Shown here in pieces: positions 8,839 to 18,717 of a stretch of 64,000 nucleotides of DNA. A program made the position numbers and the translations under genes. The DNA is taken from positions 1,963-65,962 of the forward strand of contig CAZBJX010000006.1 of NCBI GenBank assembly GCA_964492335.1. Reading direction: 5' to 3'. A model generated the notes under the pieces. That model was not told where the DNA came from. It ran no database searches and worked only from the letters and a program-made list of their open reading frames with translations. This DNA comes from an uncultured Dehalococcoidia bacterium. Lineage in GTDB: Bacteria; Chloroflexota; Dehalococcoidia; UBA2247; RBG-13-53-26. Within the stretch, counting starts at the first letter, position 1, and each line of letters opens with the position of its first letter.

Positions 8839-9016
8839 CCGCCTCGGGAGAGACTGCCCCCGGGCCGAAACGCGGGCCGGGGCAAGCTGCCAGATCAGAC
8901 CAGACCATGCCCTTGCCCGGGCAGGGGATCCATCGGCCCGCGCGTGCGCCGGGGGGTGTGTCGGTCGTGCGGAGCGGCGCCTCCGATGCCGGCGCCGAGA
9001 GAGAGAGGGGGACAAT

Positions 9017-9775
9017 ATGGGACGACTCGATGGGAAGGTAGCCATCGTGACCGGGTCCGGCCAGGGTGTCGGCCGGGGCATTGCCCTGGCCCTGGCCGGG
9101 GAGGGCGCCAGGGTGGTGGTCGTGGGGAGGACGCTCTCCAAGTGTGAGCGGACAGCGGCCGAGATCGGGGCGGCGGGCGGGACCGCCATGCCCCTGGCCT
9201 GCAATGTGACGCACAGGAATGAGGTGGACGCCGTGGTGGCCGAGACGGTGAAGGCCTTCGGCACGGTGGACATCCTGGTGAACAACGTCGCCCAGTCGCG
9301 CGTCGGCATCTCCGTGGAGAACACCAGCGACGACGACATCTCCCTGGCCTTCTCCTCAGCGGTGCTGGCCACGCTCTATTTCATGCAGGCCTGCCTTCCG
9401 CACCTGAAGAAGCGCGGCGGGAAGGTGGTCAACCTGGGGTCCACCGCCGGGATCGTCGGCCAGGCCGGCCAGATGGGCTACGCCATTGCCAAGGAAGGGG
9501 TCAGGGCCCTGAGCCGGGTGGCCGCCCGGGAGTGGGGGCGGTACGGGATCACCGTCAATGTCCTTTGCCCCTTCGCCGATTCCCCCGGCAACAAGGAGTG
9601 GGCCGAGACCTATCCGCAGAAGGTCGACAAGACCCTGGCCACCATGCCCATCAAGCGCATCGGCAGCTGTGAAGAGGACATCGGGCGGGTGGCGGTGTTC
9701 CTGGCCTGCCGGGATTCCGACTATGTGACCGGCCAGACCATCATGGCGGACGGCGGGGCGCACATCATGGCGTGA
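9017..9775 (+). CDS. SDR family NAD(P)-dependent oxidoreductase
   Basis: TGSGQGVGRG Rossmann motif, NNVAQ, and the catalytic S...YxxxK (GYAIAKEG) signature. Confidence 0.85.
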   Translation: MGRLDGKVAIVTGSGQGVGRGIALALAGEGARVVVVGRTLSKCERTAAEIGAAGGTAMPLACNVTHRNEVDAVVAETVKAFGTVDILVNNVAQSRVGISVENTSDDDISLAFSSAVLATLYFMQACLPHLKKRGGKVVNLGSTAGIVGQAGQMGYAIAKEGVRALSRVAAREWGRYGITVNVLCPFADSPGNKEWAETYPQKVDKTLATMPIKRIGSCEEDIGRVAVFLACRDSDYVTGQTIMADGGAHIMA

Positions 9776-9979
9776 TTACGGGGCGCCGCGGTTGCCTGGC
9801 GGGCGGCTCCGCCCCCGCGGGCCCGGGCTACGCGGCGGCCGCGGCCAGGCCGCTTTCCACCGCGACATCTACAGCGGCCACGCCCACGCCCCGTGGGTGG
9901 AAGAAGGCGGCGAACTCGCTGTCCTCGAGGGTTTTGTTTGTGTAGCTAAACATTGCTGGGGGCCCCTTGCGAGGTGCGC

Positions 9980-10207
9980 TCATAGTAGGCGGCGACCCGG
10001 GAGACAGCCCTGGCGGCCTGGCCGAAGGTGAAGTAGACCGGTGTCGCCTGCCGGAAGCAGTGCATCTGCAGCCCCCAGGACCAGGTCTCCGTCAAGGAGT
10101 TGCTGCAGGAAGGTTACGTTGGTGACCGACCGGGGGTTGGAGGTAGCCCCTATGACTGCAATGGACTTCGGCTCGAAGATGATGCTCAGGTCGCGCAGTC
10201 TCCCCAT
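9980..10207 (-). pseudogene. Decayed fragment of a CoA-binding-domain protein (ADP-forming acyl-CoA synthetase / CoA-binding family N-terminus)
   Basis: The 75-aa ORF begins MGRLRDLSIIFEPKSIAVIGATSNPRSVTNVTFLQQLLDG, matching the LFxPKSVAVIGAS...V...L CoA-binding N-terminal consensus. It then loses similarity and stops. It sits alone in a ~500-bp gene-free gap (9776-10279). Confidence 0.35.
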
Positions 10208-10279
10208 TCCTTTCTCAGTGTGCGCCCGTCGGGCGCGTCTTTCCAGTCCCGCCGCAATGAGCGGCGGGGCCGCGGCGCC

Positions 10280-10861
10280 TTAGGCCGATGCCGCAGCATC
10301 GCAGTCTGATGCCGCGGCCTCCCGCAGCTTCCGGATGTACTGAACGAAGTAGTCTCGCACCATCGCCTGGTCGATCCACTCGCCGGTCCACAGGGCCTGC
10401 TTGTCGCTCAGTGGACCCCTGGCCCTGGCCGGCACGCCGGCCAGGAACGACCGGGGCGGGACATGCTCTCCCTCGGGGACAACCGCCCCGGCGGCGATGA
10501 CGCAGTAGTCCCCTATGTCGGCATCCTGCAGCACGGTGGCATTCATGCCCACCATGACCCGGTTTCCGATCCGAGTACCGTGAACCACGGCCCCGTGCCC
10601 CAGGATCACGTCATCACCTATGGTCAGGGGCGTCCTCACCCCCCGCTGCCAGTCTTGGTACCCCCCGGCGTGGACCACGCAGTTGTCCTCCACCATGACC
10701 CGCTTGCCGATCCTGATCTGGGACAGGTCGGCATTGATCACGGCGCCTGCATGGACCACCGAGAGCTCGCCGATCTGCACGTCCCCGCGGACCACGGCCA
10801 GCGGGTGCACGAACGCGGAAGGGTCGATCAGGGGCGTCATGCCATCGAAGGTCTCTATCAT
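10280..10861 (-). CDS. Gamma-carbonic-anhydrase-like / left-handed beta-helix (hexapeptide repeat) protein
   Basis: Hexapeptide repeat pattern (VHPLAVVRGDVQIGELSVVHAGAVI...IGKRVMVEDNCVVHAG...IGDDVILGHGAVVHG) typical of the gamma-CA/PaaY family. Confidence 0.8.
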   Translation of the reverse strand: MIETFDGMTPLIDPSAFVHPLAVVRGDVQIGELSVVHAGAVINADLSQIRIGKRVMVEDNCVVHAGGYQDWQRGVRTPLTIGDDVILGHGAVVHGTRIGNRVMVGMNATVLQDADIGDYCVIAAGAVVPEGEHVPPRSFLAGVPARARGPLSDKQALWTGEWIDQAMVRDYFVQYIRKLREAAASDCDAAASA

Positions 10862-10943
10862 CCCTTCCTCTTCGCTGCCGATGCCGGGTGGCCGGGGCGC
10901 CGCCCGCCGGAGCGGCCGGCCGGGGGGCTTGACATAATTCTGT

Positions 10944-11726
10944 TCACGCCGGCTTCTTCGGCTTCAGCTTCGGTATGCCGGCCGTGTAGCCGCCATCCAC
11001 CACCGTGTTGGTGCCGGTCACGAACGAGGAGTCATTCGACGCCAGGAAGAGCGCCACGGCGGCTACCTCGTCGGGCTGGGCGAACCTCCTCATGGCCTGC
11101 GATTGATGGAAGGGGGGAACGTTCTCCGGGTCAATGGTGCCCGGGCTCATGGCCGTCATGATGGTCCCGGGGGAGATGCAGTTGACCCTGATGTTGCGGT
11201 CGGCATACTCCAGGGCCATGGTCCTGGTCAGGTGAATGATCCCCGCCTTGGAGGCGCCGTAGGCCCCCGTCCCCGGCAGTCCGATCACCCCGGCCGCCGA
11301 GGCGGTGCTGATGATGACGCCGCCGCCCTGCTCGAGCATCTGCGGGATGGCGTGCTTCGATCCCAGGAAGACACTCTTCAGGTTGGTGGCGAAGACCCTG
11401 TCCCAGACCTCCTCGGGCGTGTCGGCCGTCATGGCGAACTTGCCCTGGATGCCGGCGTTGTTGAACAGGATGTCCAGCCTGCCGAAGGCCTCCACCGTCC
11501 GGGTGACCATCATCCGGACATCGGCGGGCTTCGAGACGTCGGCCTCGACGAAGGCCCCTTCCCCTCCGGCCTCCCTGATCATCTTCACCGTTTCGTGCCC
11601 CCCCGCGGGCACGAAATCCGCCACCATGACCCTGGCCCCTTCTCTGGCGAAGAGGAGGGCGGTGGCCCGGCCGATCCCCGCACCGGCCCCGGTGATCAGG
11701 GCTGCCTTTCCTTCAAGCCTGCCCAT
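10944..11726 (-). CDS. SDR family oxidoreductase
   Basis: TGAGAGIGRA motif, NNAG, S...YGASK catalytic motif. Confidence 0.85.
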   Translation of the reverse strand: MGRLEGKAALITGAGAGIGRATALLFAREGARVMVADFVPAGGHETVKMIREAGGEGAFVEADVSKPADVRMMVTRTVEAFGRLDILFNNAGIQGKFAMTADTPEEVWDRVFATNLKSVFLGSKHAIPQMLEQGGGVIISTASAAGVIGLPGTGAYGASKAGIIHLTRTMALEYADRNIRVNCISPGTIMTAMSPGTIDPENVPPFHQSQAMRRFAQPDEVAAVALFLASNDSSFVTGTNTVVDGGYTAGIPKLKPKKPA

Positions 11727-11943
11727 GTTCTCCTTCCTGGTTGCGAAACCAGCAGTGCATTCCTGCCGCTCAGTCTACCCGGTTGCCGCCGGCCAGTCCA
11801 GTTGGACGCGGCCACGCGTGTTCTGCGATTGCGGCACGGGGCGAGCGTGGGCGGAAAGGGCCACCGTGAAGCAGCCGGTGGCCGGCATGCCGCACGCTGC
11901 CGCAGCAGGGCGGGGTCCAGGCCCGGACCCCGGATGCCGGCAG

Positions 11944-12150
11944 TCACATGGCCAGGGCCTTCTCCCGGAACTCGGCCACCAGCGGGCACTCCGGCCACCG
12001 GCAGCCCTCGAGCTTCTTCTTGCCCTCTCTGGTCTTGCTATGCCGGTTCACGTAGGCGCACTTCGCCGACCCGTCCGGGTAAACCATGACCGTCGCCAAG
12101 TCCCCCGTGTGGTGGCACTTGATCGTGGTGACTGTTACCTGCCATTCCAT
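11944..12150 (-). CDS. Small (68 aa) Cys-rich hypothetical protein at the end of the liv/ligase operon (start trimmed to MEWQVTV)
   Basis: The internal ATG at 12148-12150 has a GAGG motif 9 nt upstream. Four Cys (C-x18-C-x18-C-x3-C) suggest a metal-binding mini-protein. The upstream part of the track ORF overlaps the livF 3' end. Confidence 0.4.
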   Translation of the reverse strand: MEWQVTVTTIKCHHTGDLATVMVYPDGSAKCAYVNRHSKTREGKKKLEGCRWPECPLVAEFREKALAM

Positions 12151-12193
12151 GCATCTTGCCTCGCAGTCATATTCCCTCAAACAGCGACCGGAA

Positions 12194-12994
12194 TCAGCCC
12201 AGCCAGCGTTTCCGCCTCTTGTAGTGCTTGATGTTCCGGTAGCTCTTGGTCTCTCCCCGTGCGCTGAGACCCATGTAGAACTCGCGGATGTCGGCATTGC
12301 CTCTCAGCTTCTCGGCAGTGTCATCGAGGACGATCCGGCCGCTCTCCATGACGTAGCCGTGATGCGCCAGGGACAGCGCCGCCCTGGCATTCTGCTCCAC
12401 CAGGAGTATGGAGACGCCCTCCTCCTCATTGATCCTCCTGAGTATGCGGAAGATCTCATCCACCAGCAGGGGCGCCAGACCCAGGGAGGCCTCGTCCACC
12501 AGCATCAGCTTGGGGCTGGCCATCAGGGCCCGGCCGACGACCAGCATCTGCTGCTCGCCGCCGGACAGGTACCCGCTGGTCTGCCGCTGCATCTGCTTGA
12601 GGACGGGGAAGTACTGGTAGACCATGTCCAGGTTCCTGTTCAGCCGGCCCCCGCCTCCCGAGATATAGGCGCCCGCCCTGAGGTTCTCGTCCACCGTGAG
12701 GTGCTCCAGGACCAGCCTCCCCTCCATGATCTGGATGATCCCCATGCGGGCGATCTTCTGCGCGTCCCCGTTCTCGATGCGGCGGCCCTCGAACTCGATG
12801 CTGCCGTCGGTGACCCTTCCCTCCTCGGCCCGCAGGAGACCGGAGACGGCCTTCAAGGTGGTGCTCTTGCCCGCGCCGTTGTTGCCTAGAAGCGCGACGA
12901 CGCTGCCCTTCTCCACCTCGAGCGAGACGCCCCTGAGGACAAGGATGACGCCCAGGTACTTCACTTCAACGTTGGTTAGCTGCAGCAGTGGCAT
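12194..12994 (-). CDS. livF: Branched-chain amino acid / Liv-type ABC transporter ATP-binding protein (LivF-like)
   Basis: Walker A GNNGAGKST, signature LSGGEQQML, Walker B LMLVDEASLGL. Confidence 0.85.
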   Translation of the reverse strand: MPLLQLTNVEVKYLGVILVLRGVSLEVEKGSVVALLGNNGAGKSTTLKAVSGLLRAEEGRVTDGSIEFEGRRIENGDAQKIARMGIIQIMEGRLVLEHLTVDENLRAGAYISGGGGRLNRNLDMVYQYFPVLKQMQRQTSGYLSGGEQQMLVVGRALMASPKLMLVDEASLGLAPLLVDEIFRILRRINEEEGVSILLVEQNARAALSLAHHGYVMESGRIVLDDTAEKLRGNADIREFYMGLSARGETKSYRNIKHYKRRKRWLG

Positions 12995-13007
12995 ATGTCG
13001 TATCTCC

Positions 13008-13805
13008 TTAGGCCGGTACGGCCGCCTCGTCGCCCAGGTAGGCTTTGATGACCACCGGGTCGCTCTTGACCTGGGCAGGGGTGCCCTCGGCGATCTTTCG
13101 TCCGAAGTCCAGGACCATGATCCTGTCGGTGATGTCCATCACCACCCCCATATCGTGCTCGATGATGATGACGGTCATCCCCTTCTCCTCCTGGACATCG
13201 AGTATGTAGCGGGCCATGTCCTCCTTCTCCTCCGCGTTCATGCCGGCCATGGGCTCATCCAGGAGCAGCAGCGTCGGCTCCTGGGCCAGGGCACGGCCCA
13301 GGTCGATGCGCTTGCGGATGCCGTACGGCAGGGTGCCCACCACGGCCTTCCTGTGGCGCTCCAGCTCCAGGAAGTCGATGATGTCCTCCACCACCGCCCG
13401 CTCCCTGACATCCTGGCGGTGCGGCCGGCCGTAGTAGAAGGCCTGCTCTACCCAGGTGGAAGTGAAGCGGAAATGCCGTGCCGCCATGAGGTTGTCCACC
13501 ACGGTCAGCCCGGTGTAAAGCTGAATGTTCTGGAAGGTCCGGCTGATGCCCATCCTGGCTATCCTGTCGGGGCGCAGCCTGGTTATCCGGCTCCCCTTGA
13601 AGTAGATCTCCCCACTCTGCGGACGGTAGAAGCCGTTGATGCAATTGAGGGTGCTGGTTTTGCCGGCGCCGTTGGGCCCGATGATGCCGAAGACCTCGCC
13701 CTTGAGGACCTCACACGAAATGCCCTGGAGGGCCTTCACCCCTCCGAAGCTCAGGTGCACATCCTCGAACCGTATTTCGGCTTCTCTGCTTGGCGAACTC
13801 GACAT
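13008..13805 (-). CDS. livG: Liv-type ABC transporter ATP-binding protein (LivG-like); start at MSSSPSREAEIRF (ATG 13803-13805)
   Basis: Walker A GPNGAGKTS, Walker B LLLLDEPMAGM, C-terminal LivG extension. SD AAGGAG lies 7 nt before the internal ATG. Confidence 0.85.
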   Translation of the reverse strand: MSSSPSREAEIRFEDVHLSFGGVKALQGISCEVLKGEVFGIIGPNGAGKTSTLNCINGFYRPQSGEIYFKGSRITRLRPDRIARMGISRTFQNIQLYTGLTVVDNLMAARHFRFTSTWVEQAFYYGRPHRQDVRERAVVEDIIDFLELERHRKAVVGTLPYGIRKRIDLGRALAQEPTLLLLDEPMAGMNAEEKEDMARYILDVQEEKGMTVIIIEHDMGVVMDITDRIMVLDFGRKIAEGTPAQVKSDPVVIKAYLGDEAAVPA

Positions 13806-13823
13806 GGCTGATCTCCTTGTTTG

Positions 13824-13850
13824 CCCCGGCACCGCCCGGCGTGCCGGGGG
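13824..13850 (-). promoter_or_regulatory. Intra-operon GC hairpin (9-bp stem ccccggcac / gtgccgggg, 8-nt loop) between the paaK-like stop and the livG SD; no U-tract
   Basis: Perfect inverted repeat seen in the sequence. Position suggests mRNA processing/stability or partial attenuation. Confidence 0.25.
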
Positions 13851-13859
13851 CACCGTTTC

Positions 13860-15098
13860 TCAAGTCTGTCCCCACCTTCGGTCCGCGATCCTTTCGGCGC
13901 TGCCGCAGAGCGCTCCTGCGGGCAGGAGCTCGATGCTGTCAAAGCTCAGCTTGAGCATGTCCTGGCAGCGCCTGTCTACAGCCAACGTCAGGGCCTGGCG
14001 GTCAATGCCTTCCGGCACTTCGATCCTGAGTACTGCCCGGTCCCTGTAGCCATCGAGAGTGAGCAGCATCTGGTGCTTCAGGACCTGGGGGAAGGGGGCC
14101 ATGGCCTCAGCCAGGTCACCCTGGTGGACGAACACCCCCTTGACCCGGACATGCTGGGCGGCCATGCCCTTGATGCCTGTGATCCTGGGGGCGCTGCGGC
14201 CGCATGGGCAGGGCTCGTCGGTGTATGAGGCCAGGTCGCCGGTTCCGAAACGTACCAGTGGATAGACCCCGCTGAAGAGGGTGACCACTATCTGGCCCAC
14301 CTCGTGGGGACCGAGCTGCTGCCCGCTATCCGGGTCCACGATTTCCACGACGCATGCTTCGTCGTCATAGTGATAGCCATCGGCCCTTCCGCAGGAGTAG
14401 GCCACCTGTCCCAGGTCCGCCGTCCCGTAGGCGTCCCACACTACCAGGCCGTACTTCTCTTCGAAGACCCTCTTCAGGGTCCGAATCTGCCTCTCTCCAC
14501 CGCCGGAGACGAGCTTGAGGTTGAGGTCCCGGCGCACGTCATAGCCCAGTTCCTCGGCCTTCTGCAAGATGGTGATGGAGAAGGAAGGAGGGGCCAGCAG
14601 GGCGGTAGCCTGAAGGTCGTGCAGCAGCTTCACCTGGAGCTCAGTCTGCCCGGTGCCGGCGGGGACCACCGTGCAGCCCATCATATCCAGGGCGTCCGTC
14701 ATCCCCAGCCCGGCAGGGCCCATGTGGTAAGAGGCGGAAACCAGGGCCACATCGCCGAACCTGGGATAGCCCAGCCGGAGAAAGGACCGCACTGCGGCCC
14801 GGATTCGCTCCGGTCCCCACACTACGTATGCCGGCCCGGGAGAGACGTAGACCCGGTCCAGTCTCCCCAGGGGGATCGCCAGGAAGCCCCCGAAGGGAGG
14901 TCGGGAGCGCTGCATCTCCATCACGTCTTCCCTGGTGGTTACCGGCAGCTTCTCGAGGTCTCCCACCGTCCTTATGCTGGAGGGCGTGATCCCGGCGGTG
15001 ATGAGTATCTCCCTGATGGCCGCCGAGCTCTTGTAGGCGAAGCGGACCTGCTTCTCCAGTCTGCGGTTGAGGGTGTGCTGTCTCTCATGCACAGGCAT
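13860..15098 (-). CDS. paaK: Phenylacetate-CoA ligase family (PaaK-like / coenzyme F390 synthetase-like aryl/acyl-CoA ligase) embedded in the liv operon
   Basis: Start MPVHERQHTLNRRLEKQVRFAYKSSAAIREIL..., then the GTTGxPK-like motif, YGTAD..., and C-terminal ...VRFGTGDLA typical of PaaK-type adenylate-forming ligases. Track ORF 13860..15917 is a 273-codon over-extension into livH and was trimmed. Confidence 0.8.
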   Translation of the reverse strand: MPVHERQHTLNRRLEKQVRFAYKSSAAIREILITAGITPSSIRTVGDLEKLPVTTREDVMEMQRSRPPFGGFLAIPLGRLDRVYVSPGPAYVVWGPERIRAAVRSFLRLGYPRFGDVALVSASYHMGPAGLGMTDALDMMGCTVVPAGTGQTELQVKLLHDLQATALLAPPSFSITILQKAEELGYDVRRDLNLKLVSGGGERQIRTLKRVFEEKYGLVVWDAYGTADLGQVAYSCGRADGYHYDDEACVVEIVDPDSGQQLGPHEVGQIVVTLFSGVYPLVRFGTGDLASYTDEPCPCGRSAPRITGIKGMAAQHVRVKGVFVHQGDLAEAMAPFPQVLKHQMLLTLDGYRDRAVLRIEVPEGIDRQALTLAVDRRCQDMLKLSFDSIELLPAGALCGSAERIADRRWGQT

Positions 15099-15184
15099 CT
15101 TCTCCCTCTGCTCATCATGGGGGGCCGGCAGCACCTTGCGGCTCGGGGCTCTCCGCACGGACACTATCCTCAGTACCGTTCCCC

Positions 15185-16069
15185 TTAGATCCTTCTGATC
15201 TGCTTCAGGCCGAACAGGCCGTTGGGCCTCACCATCAGGATAACCACCATCAGGATGAAGGGCAGGACCTCCCTGAACCCGGTCACGTGCTGGTCGATAT
15301 AGGTCCCGCTCAAGGTCTCGACCAGCCCGATGATGATGGCCCCGATGAACGCCCCCGGGACCGACTCGATACCGCCCAGCAGCAATACCGGCAAGGCTCT
15401 CATGACACCGAAATCTCCCAGCGAACTGTCTAGGATGAACATGGAGGACAGCAGGATGCCGCCGACCGCCGCCGACACGCATCCGACGATCCAGGACACC
15501 ACAAAGACCGTCTTCACGTTTATGCCCAGGCTCTGGCTGACCACCTGGTTCTCCGCCACGCTTCTCATGGCCAGCCCGATCCTGGAGTACTGGAAGAAGA
15601 TGACGAAGGCAATGAACATGACGGTGGCCACCGCGAAGGAGAACAGCAGCGCCCAGGAGAAGGCAACACCCCCGGCACTGAACGAGCCACTGGGGAGGAT
15701 CTGGGGCATGGCCCGGGGGTCCCCACCCCACCAAAGCTGGCTGATACCCTTTATGGCCAGGCCCGCCACCAGAGTGGCCACGAAAGGTATGAGCATGGGG
15801 CGTCCCAGCAAGGGCCTGATGACCAACCGTTCCATGATCAGGGCGACCGCCGTGCTGAAAAGGACCGTCAGGACCAGGGCCAGCCACGTGGGGAGGCCGA
15901 TGTCGGATATCAGCCACCAGGTGAAGAAGGCGGTCATCATCATGATGTTACCGTGTGCGATGTTGAAGACCTTGGTGGCCTTGGCGATCACCAGCACGCC
16001 GAGCGCAATGAGCGCGTACACTCCTCCCAACAGGAGCCCCTGAACTATGGCCGAAAGCAGAGTATCCAT
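15185..16069 (-). CDS. livH: Liv-type ABC transporter permease (LivH-like)
   Basis: Polytopic hydrophobic profile; MDTLLSAIVQGLLLGGVYALIALGVLV N-terminus characteristic of LivH. Confidence 0.85.
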   Translation of the reverse strand: MDTLLSAIVQGLLLGGVYALIALGVLVIAKATKVFNIAHGNIMMMTAFFTWWLISDIGLPTWLALVLTVLFSTAVALIMERLVIRPLLGRPMLIPFVATLVAGLAIKGISQLWWGGDPRAMPQILPSGSFSAGGVAFSWALLFSFAVATVMFIAFVIFFQYSRIGLAMRSVAENQVVSQSLGINVKTVFVVSWIVGCVSAAVGGILLSSMFILDSSLGDFGVMRALPVLLLGGIESVPGAFIGAIIIGLVETLSGTYIDQHVTGFREVLPFILMVVILMVRPNGLFGLKQIRRI

Positions 16070-16212
16070 CTGATCACCAGCCTTTCCGGCGGGACCCTCT
16101 CGTTTCCGCCTGACCGAAGGTCTTGGGTGCCGCCCACAGGCCTCAAATCAGATGCCTGTGGGCGGCAGACTCCTGTGGCCAGGTAGTCCGGCCTGGCGGC
16201 TCTACGGTGCCG

Positions 16213-17466
16213 CTAGGCTGAGGGGACCTCCAGCCAGTCAGTGATGACGATCAGGTTCTGGTCCGCGGCGCTCCATCTCTGCACGTCGATGTAGCGGGCG
16301 CCCTGGCGCTCACCGTCAGGGTAGTTCACCGGGTAGTAGCCCGGCGCCTGAGCGGTCACCTGCTGCAGGGCCTCGTATATCTCCTGGCCGCTGAGGCCGT
16401 CCTCGCGGATATCGTCGAGGCCGACCTTCTTGACCACCTCCATCAGTAGCATGACGGTCATGTGGGCATCCATGCCACCCCCGACCACCCCCGACCCGAT
16501 CTTCATCAGGGCGGCAGCATCGTTCGGATGGTTCCTCTCCAGCAGTTCCTTGATCAGGTCGACCTGTGCGGACTCCAAGGTCCAGTAGCCCCAGTTTCCG
16601 AAGGTAAGCGTGCCGTCGACGGAATCCCATCCAGCCTTGTCCGTGACCGCTCCCACATAGGCATTGAACGCGTCACTGCCGACCAGCTTTGCCCTTCCCC
16701 CGGCTGCTCGATACTGTTCCACGAAGGTGGAGGCCATGGTCGCCCCGTTGGCCGCGATGAACAGGTAGTCGCAGTCCTTGTAGGTCTGTACCTCGGCGGA
16801 CCATGTCATCGTATTCATGGGGACCAGGGTGGTGCCCACCAGGGTGTACTTGTCGGTGTTCTTCGGGCAATAGGCCTGAATGGCAGCCTGCACATCAGGG
16901 CTGGGCGCCAAGGGATAGCCTACCAGTCCCAGCTTCGCCGGGCCCGTCCCCTCCCAGTCGTTTTCGTGCAGCCAGTCCAGGAAGAAGGGGACCCGGTACC
17001 GGTCAAGGTTGGCCAGGGTGAACACATATCCGACGTTGTCCACCATGTTCGCCGTTGAGGAGGCGCAGATCACCGGCATCTGGTCGATGTCCGCCCGGGC
17101 CTTAATGGCGTCAGCTATGGCCGGCGGGGCAGTGAAGATGATGTTCGCCCCCCGGGATTTGAGGTCTTCGTAGCCCGTCATGAACCGGGACGGATCGTAC
17201 TTGGTATCGTAGGCTACTACCCTGAAGGTCACGCCCTTGCAGAGACCCTCCTCGTTAACGTAGTCGCAGTAGTCCTGCAGGGCCCAGCTGATCGGTTTCA
17301 TGGCTGCGACCCCCGGACCAGACAGGTCCGTCAGGTCGCCGATAACGATGGTCACATCCTCGGCAGGCGTCTTGTCGCTGCTGCACCCTATGGACAGCAG
17401 TGACAGCGGAAGGGCTGTGCACAGAATCAGGAACATGCAAACCACGGCCATCCATTTGTACTTCAT
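16213..17466 (-). CDS. ABC transporter substrate-binding lipoprotein (LivK/Leu-Ile-Val-binding family); start trimmed to MKYKWMAVVCMF
   Basis: Signal peptide plus lipobox LSLLSIGCSS. Type I periplasmic-binding fold size (~417 aa). ATG at 17464-17466. Confidence 0.8.
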   Translation of the reverse strand: MKYKWMAVVCMFLILCTALPLSLLSIGCSSDKTPAEDVTIVIGDLTDLSGPGVAAMKPISWALQDYCDYVNEEGLCKGVTFRVVAYDTKYDPSRFMTGYEDLKSRGANIIFTAPPAIADAIKARADIDQMPVICASSTANMVDNVGYVFTLANLDRYRVPFFLDWLHENDWEGTGPAKLGLVGYPLAPSPDVQAAIQAYCPKNTDKYTLVGTTLVPMNTMTWSAEVQTYKDCDYLFIAANGATMASTFVEQYRAAGGRAKLVGSDAFNAYVGAVTDKAGWDSVDGTLTFGNWGYWTLESAQVDLIKELLERNHPNDAAALMKIGSGVVGGGMDAHMTVMLLMEVVKKVGLDDIREDGLSGQEIYEALQQVTAQAPGYYPVNYPDGERQGARYIDVQRWSAADQNLIVITDWLEVPSA

Positions 17467-17637
17467 TGGCTTCCTCCTATTATTGGTCGACTTCTTCGCC
17501 GTCCGGGCAGCAATGCGCCCCCGGATTCCGCCAGGGTCCCAGCCTGCGGTGTGCTGGTCAGCCGGACGGGCGCCATCTCTGATGTCGGGCCATGCTCCCC
17601 CCTTTCTGCTCTTCGCTCTTACTCCGGACCCCATCTG

Positions 17638-18678
17638 CTAACCCCCGCGGTAGGAGTACGGACGCAAGCGGTAGTAGGCTTTGAACTTCAGCCAGCGTGA
17701 GTAGAGGCCTCCGGGCTCGAGTATCAGGAAGGCCAGGATGACCACGGAAAACCCGACCAGGCTCAGGGCCACGTTCAGGTCGACCATGTTCGCCCGTTTG
17801 GTCACTTCGTCGATTATCATCTCCAGGCTCTTGAGGAATCCCACGCCCAGGAAGACCCCGGTGGTGCTGCCCATGCCGCCGATGGCCAGCATGCCGAAGT
17901 ACCATATAGAGTTGTTGATCTGATAGTGGTCCGGCGTGATCCAGAACTGGGAATAGGCCGAAAGCCAACCGGCCACGCCGGCGAACATGCAGCCGATGAA
18001 GAAGGCCAGCATCTTGTAGCGGAATATGTTGATGCCGCCGACCTCGGCAGCCAGCTCGTTGTCCCTGATGGCCACGAAGGCCCGACCAACGGGCATCCTC
18101 TGCAAGTTCTTGGCGAGGAACGTGCCTGCGAGCATCAAGGTGATGGCCACCAGGTAGATGCTTGCCCGGGATTTGAAGGCGTATCCGGCCACGGAAAGCG
18201 GGGCCACTGCCATCCCGTTGCCCCCGCCGGTCCAATCGGCGAAATACCGGATGATCCACAGGATGATGAAGTTGGCCGCCAGCGACGCGATGGCGATGTA
18301 GAACCCTTTCAGCCGGAAACTGGGGAGGCCGAAGATGACCCCCACCACTCCGGCGGCCACCGCCGCGATGGGCAGGCATACCAGGCCGGGAACGTCGTAC
18401 CGGCCGGCCAGGATGGCAGTGGTGTAGGCCCCCACCCCCACGAAAGCGGCCTGTCCGATGGAGAAGACGCCGCACAGCCCGGTCAGTATGTGCAGCCCCA
18501 GCACGGCCAGGACCACTATGGTCAGACCGGTAGCCCAGGTCACCCAGAAGTCTGCCACGAGCAGGGGCACTACGTAGAGGAACACGATAATCGCCGCCAG
18601 TATGACCCACTGGGTCTTTGTGCGCAGGATGGCCATGTCGCTCTCGTACTTGGTTGCGAAGATCCCGCTTGGTAGCAT
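17638..18678 (-). CDS. livM: Liv-type ABC transporter permease (LivM-like)
   Basis: Multiple TM segments; LivM-like conserved ...GYAGQLSLGQAAF... region (GVFSIGQAAFVGVGAY). Confidence 0.85.
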   Translation of the reverse strand: MLPSGIFATKYESDMAILRTKTQWVILAAIIVFLYVVPLLVADFWVTWATGLTIVVLAVLGLHILTGLCGVFSIGQAAFVGVGAYTTAILAGRYDVPGLVCLPIAAVAAGVVGVIFGLPSFRLKGFYIAIASLAANFIILWIIRYFADWTGGGNGMAVAPLSVAGYAFKSRASIYLVAITLMLAGTFLAKNLQRMPVGRAFVAIRDNELAAEVGGINIFRYKMLAFFIGCMFAGVAGWLSAYSQFWITPDHYQINNSIWYFGMLAIGGMGSTTGVFLGVGFLKSLEMIIDEVTKRANMVDLNVALSLVGFSVVILAFLILEPGGLYSRWLKFKAYYRLRPYSYRGG

Positions 18679-18717
18679 AGGTGCCTTCCTCTTGCCAGAT
18701 TCGGATGCGCGGGGGGA

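Noticed and set aside
13860-15917. 685-aa ORF in the track
   Set aside because: The N-terminal 273 codons overlap livH in another frame and are Arg/Gly/Pro-rich junk. The real paaK-like gene starts at the internal MPVHERQ (15098).
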